A stretch of DNA of 64,000 bases from Trichosphaerium sp. ATCC 40318 (Eukaryota; Protista; Tubulinea). Made by a program: the position numbers and the translations under genes. Position 1 is the first letter of the stretch. Each line of letters opens with the position of its first letter. The notes under the pieces were generated by a model that searched no databases, was not told the origin of the DNA, and was given only the letters and a program-made list of their open reading frames with translations. Shown piece after piece: positions 51,141 through 61,687 of this stretch. The stretch spans positions 62,001 to 126,000 of the forward strand of contig JALMLS010000288.1 of NCBI GenBank assembly GCA_038496445.1, given 5' to 3'.

Positions 51141-52076
51141 ATGGAACAAAGGCTAAACACATCAATTATACACCAATACGACAATAATAGCATCAATAGT
51201 ACGTTCGATCTTACAGCACTACCAGTTGAAGTTATCGTTCATATTATGAACTGCGGCAAGTTTACCCTCCGTTCAGCCCAAACGTGCCATTTCTTGCATG
51301 ATATTATCCATAAACACGTCGGTTATGGCAAAATATGCGTCGAAACTCAAAACGAAATATCTATGCTTTCCGGAAGCCCTCTGCTTAAAAATACAGCAAT
51401 TCTTTTCAGGACAACCTTCAAAGACAATGTTACAGACAGTCAACTACACTTACTTCAAGGTGTGAGAACTATCGACTTGCGTCGCTGTAAACAAATAACG
51501 TATGATGGTGTAAAGGCGTTAGCTGGTGTTCATGAAATTGATCTTGGCTACAATCAACTAATAACAGATGAGGGTGTTCAAGCGTTATGTGGAGTACACA
51601 CAATTGATTTATCATTCACTAATATTACAAACAAGTGTCTGAAAGCTTTAAAAGGAGCTCATACTATCAACCTGGGGTATTGTGAAGGAATAACAGATGA
51701 TGGTGTCAAAGAGTTGGCAGGTGTAAAAGATATTGATTTATCAGGTACTAAGATTACAGATGAGTGTTTGCAGGCATTATGTGGTGCAGATAGGGTTATA
51801 TTGCAACGCACAAACATCACCAACAAAGGTATGAAGTTATTGAAAGGAATAAGGATAATTGACATATCATTTTGTGAATATGTAACAGATGAAGGTGTTT
51901 CTAACCTTGATGGTGTTTCAATGCTATTTGTAATGTACTGTCCAAATATTAATGGTGAAGGTTTACTTGGACTTAAGAGTGAGACGTCTGTGTTCTGTAA
52001 AGTTGATAAATTAAACCCAACAGTGGTTGAGACACTTGAAAGTAAGGGTGTAGATGTCTTTGAAATTTATGGATAA
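51141..52076 (+). CDS. F-box/LRR protein (intronless, 311 aa)
   Basis: DLTALPVEVIVHIMN...AQTCHFL (F-box) plus LRRs; AATAAA just after the stop. Confidence 0.88.
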   Translation: MEQRLNTSIIHQYDNNSINSTFDLTALPVEVIVHIMNCGKFTLRSAQTCHFLHDIIHKHVGYGKICVETQNEISMLSGSPLLKNTAILFRTTFKDNVTDSQLHLLQGVRTIDLRRCKQITYDGVKALAGVHEIDLGYNQLITDEGVQALCGVHTIDLSFTNITNKCLKALKGAHTINLGYCEGITDDGVKELAGVKDIDLSGTKITDECLQALCGADRVILQRTNITNKGMKLLKGIRIIDISFCEYVTDEGVSNLDGVSMLFVMYCPNINGEGLLGLKSETSVFCKVDKLNPTVVETLESKGVDVFEIYG

Positions 52077-52241
52077 AGAGTAATAAACTAATGGTGTTAG
52101 AATGCTTTTTTTATCACAGAAATCTTGAGTATTCTGAGCGACAGTGCTTGCAAGATAGCAATGAATTACTCCTACTATGCAGTGCCCTTCTTTGACAACA
52201 GCTGTACTAAATAAATTTGATAAACATGCTGTATTTCGGAG

Positions 52242-52467
52242 GCCATAGTTTTTTCTGAATTTTCCAAAAACAAAAATTCGAAAGTGTAGAAAGATGCATA
52301 GCTAGGGCAGTCCACTAAACCAGAAAGCGCCTGGTTCACTTACAGTCGGGTCCTCGCTGTGCTCGGAACTAGAACCCAACCTTCGCTCACATATAGTGAT
52401 CCATTGGTGGGTATAGGCATTCGGTTTTTGTATCGAATTCTTTCGAAAAATTCGGAAAAAACGTGGC
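52242..52467. mobile_element. MITE-like element, copy 2
   Basis: Near-identical core to 30401-30650 (gatgcatagctagggcagtccactaaac...ggtgggtataggcattcggtttttg) with the same terminal inverted repeats. Confidence 0.75.
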
Positions 52468-52549
52468 ATCAATTACACTTGATATCTATGAATACTGAAC
52501 ACAAAGAAGAGGCTTCTTGTTTGTAATTTAGAAGATTTTATTTAAAGCT

Positions 52550-54419
52550 TTATCCTTCTAGAATGTTTTCTTCTTGTGTTTCCTTAGGTCCTAGTGCAGC
52601 ACGCATACTCTTCATTAAAGTATACTCTGACGTATCCATTGAAGTGTCAAACGCAAAAGCTCCAGCAACATCCATTTCAACAGCATATTTGGCTAGAAGA
52701 AAAAAAACATAAGATTTTTAGTTTACACTTCTTTGGTACCTTTTAGGTCCAATGTTTGTTCGTTATCAAACGTAAACCATATCCCCTCGGATGTGTAACC
52801 AATCATAGATTGTGATTTTGGGTCTTGGAACCTATTGAGGGCGTCAATAATCTTTTTTTTTGAAGACTTTCATCGTACAATTGAGGATTTTGTGCCATTA
52901 TTTCTGTATACATGAGCGTTCCACATTGTTTAGAAGACTGACCAGGGGCACCACCATATGTGTCTTTAAACGGACCGAAGCACGCTGTTGAAAAAAAGAG
53001 ATTAGTACACGGTAAATGAACAAGAGTTGTCGTCCAAGTACCATTTTGTTTTTGGGCTGGAATACCATATTTCTGCCATGCTGTACCGGAAAGACCTGGT
53101 ACATACCACGAGTGACCGTAAAGAGCGGTTCCAATCATAATTTGGCTCTTAGGTACTCCAGAAGCGATGTAACCTAATGCAAATTAAGAAAGAAACATGG
53201 AAGCATCAGTTAAAAATACCTGTGATTGTTGTGTTTACTGAGTCGAATTGAGCTGGTCCAGACATTGTAGGGTTATACAATGGGCTGTTAGCACCTGTTA
53301 TGCTTGCAGAAGCTATATCGGAGACACTAAAAAAACCAGTTAACATAAGGACGTTTTTGAGTGAGTAAAACAATAGACGGTAGGTAACATACCTGTAATC
53401 GTATGTCATCACGTGCCACTTATCAATATATTGGCTCATTTCTTTCAAGTCAAAGTCAGCGTACTTACTATGATCAGCTTGGCCAGCTACTGTAATAATC
53501 TTGTCACTACCGAGACCCTGTGTACAAGTTAGCCAAAAAGAAGTAGCATTGATTCTTACAGCGCGAAGCTCCTTTACGAATTGTAAAAGATTATCAGAGT
53601 CTTGTGGACAACGACCACCAGCGTCGTGTATGCTTTTGAAGTAAGTATCTGTTATCTTGACGTAGTTTGTACGCGCAGGAGAGCAAGGGAACTCCCAATC
53701 CTAAGTGAACATTAAGAAAGGTTAAAACATTCAAAGTCACGTGCGATATCAATGCCATCAAAGCCATGGGTCTGTAAGAACGACTTCGCGGATGATATGA
53801 ACGCTTGACGATTAGCGCTTGTGCTACAAAAACACAGTTAGAAAGAGCAAAAACGAAGTTCCAATTAACGAAAAACTAATCTGTACCTAACCATGTCGCT
53901 GAAATAGCGAGAAGGAAAGTTCCAGCCTCCAATACTGATTATAACCTTGAACCCAGGGTTTTGCTGCTTGAAAGCCATAATCTACAAAACAATTAGTAAC
54001 TGCTATATTGAGTAGTTTTACGCACAGTCTGATAGAATTGAGGGTCGTCTTGCTCTACAATTTCGATTTGAAAAGTCGAGTTATCAAATTTTGCGAACGC
54101 TAAACCGTTTTTTAGTTTAATGGCGTTTCGAAACACGTGATGTGGATAACGTACCATAGCATAGGTAGTCTAGCGAAGGAATAATACCTGCTAGTTTGTC
54201 TGGTCTATAAGGGCCATAAGGAGGGCTATGATATTGGGCCCAGTTTGCAAAGTAAGCTGCGAACTGCTTACCATCTATGAAAGTGTTTGAGAAAAGTTAT
54301 CAAAGTAAAAAACTTGATGAACTTATTTAAACACGTGTTTTTATTTTCAAGGGATACGTACCAGCTTGGTATGAACATAGTACCACTGTTAAGAGTAATA
54401 TAGCTAGTGTAGCTTTCAT
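52550..54419 (-). CDS. Secreted GH18 chitinase, multi-exon
   Basis: Signal peptide MKATLAILLLTVVLC; YFANWAQY, YAFA, ISIGGWNF, catalytic FDGIDIDWEFP, HVMTYDY, IMIGTALYGHSW, WFTFDN, AGAFAFD. Confidence 0.92.
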
Positions 54420-55419
54420 TATGTTGTTGTAAGCGGAATGTGATGTGTACTTTGTTGCTTAAAAAAGAGTGTGACTTATACAACCAAAAAAGGTAGCACT
54501 GCTATAATCACGGGTCTTGTATCGTTGGTATGATATTGACTACCGAAACTATTTGTGATCCACAAAAATTTATGGTGCACAGTTATTGCATGGTGCAAAA
54601 ATAATGGTGTAAAAAAGTGTGTTTTGCCGATGCTGCGAAGTTGGATATGACAAGGGACTTTTCGTGGACGAACTTTGAGGCTTGTTATCTATATAGAGAG
54701 GAGCGTTGTTTCAAGTCTCTAAGGCGTTTAAAGATTTAAAGAAATGACATCACCTTACTTTTTGCTTCGGTGTAGTTTCACTTTGGTTCCCCAACTTTGT
54801 TGTTTTGACGGTGTGGTTTGTATTTTATTGCTGACACTACTTTTGGTATCTTGCATCACACATGCCATGTGAACACTATAGTCCATAACTTACGTAAAAT
54901 TACGACAGCAATACGATCATGAAAAGTTGAAACTAATACTTCCAGGTCAATGAGTGAAACCATTCTATGCAGATGTAAAAAAACGAAAAATACTAAGACA
55001 CGTGTCTTACAAATTGTTTTTAAATGCTGACACAACATAGGTTAAAAAGACCCTTGTCGGGGTTAACAGCAATATCATAAGCGTATTAGCAAATTACCTA
55101 CCTTCTGTTTAATGCTAGGGATGTACTTTATATTTTGTTGGTACTTTAGCTGAAGTAGGGATAGCCTTGATATTATTTCTTGGCCATCTTAACACTGTCC
55201 AGGGTTAATGAACGATTCAGTGTTGGAATACTGACCACAATGTTACCCCAGGGCATATGTATCTCAGTAGGCTGGCTTCTACTCTGAGAGTAGGCCCGCT
55301 ACCGTCCTTGCTTATAAGAATATTCGAACGTTTATGTAATTTGTTGATAATAAATAAAAAGAATTTCTTGGATTTCGATAAATACTGGCGCCTATGAAAA
55401 TTTTGTATGTTCGTTTACA

Positions 55420-56375
55420 TTAGGTAAATTTGAGGATAGTTTGATGTATGTTGGGGCAAAGGTTTTCTGAAGTGCTACTGTTGCTGGATATGTCTTTGCG
55501 CAGTCTGACTTGTATAGATACATGTATTCCAAGCACTATGACAGAGTTCGCTAGTTCTATTGAAGAAGTACACAGACTAAAGCTTCAAAGTAAATCCTTG
55601 TCTGGATCATATTGGTACTTAATGAGTGTCTTTAGTTATCGTTTGTTGATGGAAGAGATTAGTATTATCGATGCACTTTTTTACGCATTGAACATATTGG
55701 ACCTGAAATGACACTATTATAAGCTAGCGCTATTCGTAGTATGTGAGCGCTGGTATCACTGATAGAGTATGCAATGGCCTTGATATGTCATCTTTGAGTA
55801 CTTTGTGTAACACAAACCCTCTGTTTCTCATTCGTGGTGGATTGGAGTCCGATGAAAGTTCGATTAAGGATTACTTGGTGATTGTAAGCGCAGAAAAAAT
55901 TCCCGTAGTGCTTTTGTCTTACATAAATCATGTGGTCTTTGCAGCAATATTTATATAAATATCAGCGAAACGAGTACACGTCATACTTACAATATTTAAC
56001 AAGCAGCTGTAGTTACGTGTATTATATCAACACTTGAGCAGCAATTACAAGACTGCTACTCATTGATCCTACATTAGACTTCATGTTTCATCGGGGTGCA
56101 AGAAACATAGGTAATCTACTCATTCACAAGACATCCCCATCACCTCCGCACATGTGCATTATCACCACGTTCAAATACAACAACAATATCTCAGCTTAAC
56201 GTGGATCAATTAATTCAAGTCCTCAAACAACACGAGCGTGACAAACAGCTGTAATTTTGCGTTATCCCACAATTTAATTCTTGGATACTACACTCGATGT
56301 AAAACAGAGCTAATGGAAAGTAATAAGTGAAGTTTCTGAAAGAAAATAACAAGATGATTTTGACGTTGATGCGGT
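55420..56375. repeat. Degenerate dispersed repeat, inverted homologue of ~24790-25650
   Basis: Blocks such as agtaaatccttgtctggatc, gttctattgaagaagtac and ttctcattcgtggtggattgg match the reverse complement of the 25 kb copy. Confidence 0.75.
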
Positions 56376-58091
56376 CTCTCGAAGAATCGTACCTGACACA
56401 AAGTCTTTTGAGAAAGTAATTTATTTTTTTTATTGTACATTCAAGTTTTTGTTTACACCTGAGTTAGAGTGTTCAATAAGTTTTTTACGCGCATTAGAAT
56501 TGCATTTTACGATATTCTTGATACATAGTAATTCTATTATCTCAAAATCTAGAAATACATTCGCCTTTTAAAGGTTTAAAACGCATTTATAATCTGAAGA
56601 AAAGCAGCCAATTTTTTGATCACCTGAACAGCGAGGCAACTTTGAATATACCTTCCGCTTACGTCACTTTGTAGTTGCTATGATTGTTGAGCAAAGTGTT
56701 GTAAGAAAATTTTGTGATTAGTCACATCCGTTTACTGCAGTGGGCGTGTATACAAAGTGAGTGGATGAAAAAAATAGCATTCGCTATTGGCAAATAAGCC
56801 TTTAAAGCTAGGTTATGTGGCAATCTCTTGTGATACGTACCAAAGAGTTAGTAGTTTCTCTTGCGTAAGAAAATAAACAAACACCCTCTCTTGGTGTACA
56901 TCAGCGATGAAGAGACATTAGTCCTCATCAAGCTGCACACGCTAGTTGCTAAATCAACAAGTGTTGCACAGCCAGCTAATATCTTGTGACATATTACTGC
57001 GGTATTTTCCTATTTCTTACAACCCTCTGTGTACCCGCGGTAGTCGGTATTGTCAATGAAGGAGAATGTGAGGACAGGAACATGAAAACAGTTTTTGTTG
57101 GGAGGAACATTTAAAGTGTCTATCAGGTATGAGAGTGACTGTGTTGTTTAGCAAGCACTCTCTTCTGAATCACATGTTTTTATCACTGCTTCATTGTTGT
57201 TGTGCGGTATAGCTACTATACAACTACACTGGTTTCTTTCAAGAGTATGGAAAAAGTATTTTCTTTTAAAACTTCATACTGCAACTTGTGATACTGCAAA
57301 CAAAAGATCGTTCTTACAGTGAGAGCGACGTCAGGCAGTCTTAAAGTATAACTGCAAATACTGCAATGTAACTTGAACATAGCGCACTTCTTAACGCCAA
57401 GGGGATCCTGATACACGGGAGCAGAAAAATCATTATAAAAAACTTGAGATTTGCGGCAAGAAAGCTGTCGCTGTGGAATTGATAGCGCTGGCAGGTATGA
57501 GAGCCTTGTTGTAAATACTGCGATCCTACAAGTGGGATATTTAGTGCACTTGGACTTGGACTGAGGATGGGTACTACAAGAAAAAGTGTGGCGTAGTCAC
57601 TTTTTGCAATCTTGTTTTTTTTTGGTTTTGAGAAAAAAGCACTCCCTTTGAGATTGCTATTGTTCTCAAATTTTTGTTACCAACAATTACACAGAGTTCA
57701 TAGAAGTTATTCGGGTCGGCAGAAGAGCGAAATTATTTGTAAAATCAATAGTTCACTGAACACATTGAATAGACACTAAAACACGCCAAAAACAACCTCA
57801 AAACTCTTCCACGTGTTCATATTTTAATAGTTAACAATATTGAGATATTTTTAATACAGCGTATCACAATACCAATGGACTATTGGGTTTTGTATTTTTT
57901 TTCGTTTAAAAACCCGATACAGCTGTTTATTACATAGTATTTATTCTCGTTTCTTTTTTTCACTAGCGCGAGAATTGTTTGGTTTTTTTTTTCTTTCGTG
58001 CACACGTGCTTTTAAGTCAACATTGTTGATCATTCACCAATAACCCTCAAACAACAAACAACAGCTCTAGTTTACGCAAGCCCCTCCACTC

Positions 58092-58838
58092 ATGAACTAT
58101 TCATCGATTCTACTCTGTCTCTGCTTTTCATTAGCACTGGCCTTCAACTACAAAGCCATTACTATCAACGCTCACAACACTTGTTCTGGCTGTCGTAAGG
58201 ACATGCATGCCGGTGAATTTGTGTACTGCGATGGTTCTGTTCCCGGATCAACGGTAACACACTGCAGTTGGGTTGGCGGTTCTGGAGAATGTTCCTTCCC
58301 TCGAGATACCTCAGTTACAAAAGCTCAATGTGAACAACTATGTAATGCAGACGACCGCTGTAATTACTACACATCCTACTACGGAAGTGTATGCAACCTA
58401 TTCTACATGACCAGCTGTTCAAACGATTACAGTCAAGCACCCGGAGATACATACGAGAAGGTTACTAGCGAGAACACAATGATAATGACAAAGACAAAGA
58501 GCGGCCAATACCATGGAACAAATGCTCCAATTAAGTACCGATATGCTTACACCGATGGAACCTACTCTCCTTACAGCGCTGCTCTCGAAGATCCCCGAGT
58601 CAACGAGTTCCAATCAGGTGCTGTTGATGTATTCTACATGGTCGCACCTGCAAAGAACAAAGACAAGACACTTCAAGGTGTTGAGATGAAAATATTCGCA
58701 AACGATGGCTGGGAGTTCTCAGAAGTTCAAATCTTTAACTCTTTTCATTTCTGTTGGAAAGGCGATGCTGCTATCCACCCTCTTACTACTGCAAGTGTTG
58801 TACTGCCTCTCAACGGCGATTGTAATGCCTGTACCTAA
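58092..58838 (+). CDS. Secreted Cys-rich protein with PAN/apple-like and PLAT/LH2-like domains (intronless)
   Basis: Signal peptide MNYSSILLCLCFSLALA; TKAQCEQLCNADDRCNYY...CNLF (PAN-like); TK...GTNAPI...NEFQSGAVDVF...DGWEFSEVQI (PLAT-like). Confidence 0.75.
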   Translation: MNYSSILLCLCFSLALAFNYKAITINAHNTCSGCRKDMHAGEFVYCDGSVPGSTVTHCSWVGGSGECSFPRDTSVTKAQCEQLCNADDRCNYYTSYYGSVCNLFYMTSCSNDYSQAPGDTYEKVTSENTMIMTKTKSGQYHGTNAPIKYRYAYTDGTYSPYSAALEDPRVNEFQSGAVDVFYMVAPAKNKDKTLQGVEMKIFANDGWEFSEVQIFNSFHFCWKGDAAIHPLTTASVVLPLNGDCNACT

Positions 58839-60263
58839 GCGCACATATCGCTAAAAGTGCTTTAATAAAGCCCCCTTCACGTTCCATGTTTTTTTTTTCA
58901 AATTAGAATTTTGTGTCAAGCAAAAAATAACCTGAAGTCACGTGATTATTTTGAGAATTGACAACAAAGTTAGGTAGATGCATATTTGTCTTTTTAAAAG
59001 ATGCGGCAAGTCTGTGTTAGTCTTAATGCGGCTTTTACAATGCATCAAGTTGTAGAGAAGCTGTTAAAAAAAGTTTGTTAGGTGTCTGATATCAACATAT
59101 CTTTTCGATTAAATACTCAATCGCCTATCAAACAGTAGATGTTTTGAATATGTTTCAACCATTATTCTTTGAATCGCATATAAATGTTGGATTTGAATTA
59201 CAAATTATTCGTTTCTTAATTAAATGTACTAATAGTCAACATCAAACATCACTTCAGACGTTTTACATTTTGTTCGCTATTTACTGTTCAGTCATCTAAA
59301 ACAACGATCTGGCTCTATCCTCTCTTTCATCCTTATTGTATAGTACACCATGCCTTTACGTTCTTGGTTTATCAGAAAGTTAGTTCCTTGAGGAAACATG
59401 CCAACTCGTATTCTTTGACTAGCGCTTATTTTTGGTGTTAAAATTCGTATTTCCGAAACAATAACTGCTAGCGAATCTTGTACATAATTCCACTGCTTCA
59501 ACGTCAATGTATCCCGTTAGATAGTGTATTGACGTACACTTACTCTACTCGCAATATTGGCGCTATTCCTTCACTCTCCTCACTTCGTAACAATTGCACA
59601 TAACTTTTCCTTTACTAATAATCTTGATGACGAAGCAGGTGACGGGTATGTTAACAACAATCTTCAAACTGATAATGATGCTTTCCTAATCACGTGATAA
59701 CATTTTAACCGTTGGCATACCCCAAAACTACTCACAAGGATATCTCCTATTACCTAGTGATGTCAACCCAAATTTAATATTAACAAATCCTGATGCTTCA
59801 TTAATTAATGCTCCATACATTGTTTTAATCAAAATAGATGTTGTTCTTCGCTTTGGAGAATACTAGGATGGAATAAAACTATTGGTGATGGCTGTTACTT
59901 CTTTGGAGAAATCCTGTTGCTCCAGAAATACAAACTAGCTCATTTACAATTCTTTTCTCGTCTGTCTCATTTATTAGTTTAAACACCGCTAATTGAGTCT
60001 TATAGTTATGATCCTGTCACTAGACATTGTACCTTTACAACAGCAAGGGGAAGATGAATACCTAGTATCTTTTATAGAACTCAATGGGCTTCCAATTCAG
60101 TGCACTTATGTTAAAGTTGTTTACTATAGAATACAATAATAAAATATTATTCAAAGTGAGAAAATGATTGTAAGTACTTTGCTCTTTTCTTTTATTTTTA
60201 GTTGTCTTACATTGTTCATATTCACAGACAAAGGATAAGAATGATATAGGCCTCAATATTAAT

Positions 60264-61253
60264 TTAGTACATATTTACGCCCTTACTTTCAAGTGCAGTA
60301 ACAACTGTCGTCTTTAATCTACTAGCAGTGCAAATCACTTTGGTCAAATTATTAAGCCCAAGCAAACCATCACCATTAATATTTGGACAGGACATCATAC
60401 ATAGCATTGAAACATCATCAAGGTTAGAAACACCTTCATCTGTTACATATTTACAAAATGATATGTCAACAATCCTTATTCCTTTCAATAACTTCATACC
60501 TTCGTTGGTGATGTTTGTGCGTTGCAATATAACCCTATCTGCACCACATAATGCCTGCAAACACTCATCTGTAATCTTAGTACCTGATAAATCAATATCT
60601 TTTACACCTGCCAACTCTTTGACACCATCATCTGTTATTCCTTTACAATACCCCAGCTTGATAGTATGAGCTCCTTTTAAAGCTTTCAGACACTTGTTTG
60701 TAATATTAGTGAATGATAAATCAATTGTGTGTACTCCATATAACGCTTGAACACCTTCATCTGTTATTAGTTTATTGCAACTAAGACCAATTTTATGAAC
60801 ACCAGCAAATAGCTTTACACATTTATCTGTGACCCCTGTTGATGCCAAATTAATCTCTTGTACACCAACCAACGCCTTTACATCATCATACGTTATTTGT
60901 TTACAGCGACGCAAGTTGATAGTTCTCACACCTTGAAGTAAGTGTAGTTGACTGTCTGTAACATTGTCTTTGAAGGTTGTCCTGAAAAGAATTGCTGTAT
61001 TTTTAAGCAGAGGGCTTCCGGAAAGCATAGATATTTCGTTTTGAGTTTCGACGCATATTTTGCCATAGCCGACGTGTTTATGGATAATATCATGCAAGAA
61101 ATGGCACGTTTGGGCTGAACGGAGGGTAAACTTGCCGCAGTTCATAATATGAACGATAACCTCTACTGGTAGTGCTGTAAGATCGAATATACTACGATTG
61201 ATGTCATTATCGTCGTATTGATGTATACTTGACGTTTCTAGCCTTTGTTCCAT
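60264..61253 (-). CDS. F-box/LRR protein (intronless, 329 aa), recent paralogue of 51141-52076
   Basis: Identical F-box/linker protein segment; one extra LRR (GVQEINLASTGVTDKCVKLFA). Confidence 0.88.
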   Translation of the reverse strand: MEQRLETSSIHQYDDNDINRSIFDLTALPVEVIVHIMNCGKFTLRSAQTCHFLHDIIHKHVGYGKICVETQNEISMLSGSPLLKNTAILFRTTFKDNVTDSQLHLLQGVRTINLRRCKQITYDDVKALVGVQEINLASTGVTDKCVKLFAGVHKIGLSCNKLITDEGVQALYGVHTIDLSFTNITNKCLKALKGAHTIKLGYCKGITDDGVKELAGVKDIDLSGTKITDECLQALCGADRVILQRTNITNEGMKLLKGIRIVDISFCKYVTDEGVSNLDDVSMLCMMSCPNINGDGLLGLNNLTKVICTASRLKTTVVTALESKGVNMY

Positions 61254-61384
61254 TTGGTTTATTGTTGGTTTGCGTTAGTAACAGCGTTTGACTAGCTTAA
61301 AAGCCAGAAGTTTAACTTAATAGCCACTTAAGTCGCCATTTGACGATCTTGGCAGGAACCAAAGTAGGTTAAGTACATAGCTGA

Positions 61385-61440
61385 TTATGGTATCAGAGCA
61401 CTAGCTGGCGTTCATTCGCGTATGGTACTTCAGTTACACA
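61385..61440 (+). pseudogene. Single orphan LRR-unit remnant
   Basis: gattatggtatcagagcactagctggcgttcat...tatggtacttcagttaca reads DYGIRALAGVH...YGTSVT. Confidence 0.5.
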
Positions 61441-61687
61441 ATTGCTTGGCTACAAAAAAAAAACAACCAAAATCCTACCAGTATATCACTACATAGTGCG
61501 ACAATAAAATTAAAGCTATTAACAGCTACAACTGGCAAGAGATTCAAGTGGAATAAAACCAACTTTTAAATAATTTTTTACGTTTTATTTTTATAACCGC
61601 AAATGTGAAGGGGGAGGAGTATGAGTCCTCAAAAAGGGAAAATATCGAGAACCCAATCTAGTTTTTTTTTCGCTTGTTGAAGTTTTT

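Noticed and set aside
6342-61253. Endogenous giant-virus insertion as the source of the F-box/LRR and MORN genes
   Set aside because: No viral hallmark genes (capsid, polB, packaging ATPase) are visible; the genes are interspersed singly among host genes and several carry host-type introns. Ancient gene-level transfer is still possible.
51141-61253. Diversity-generating retroelement template/variable repeat pair
   Set aside because: Both copies are full ORFs, the differences are not obviously adenine-restricted, and no reverse transcriptase is seen in the window.
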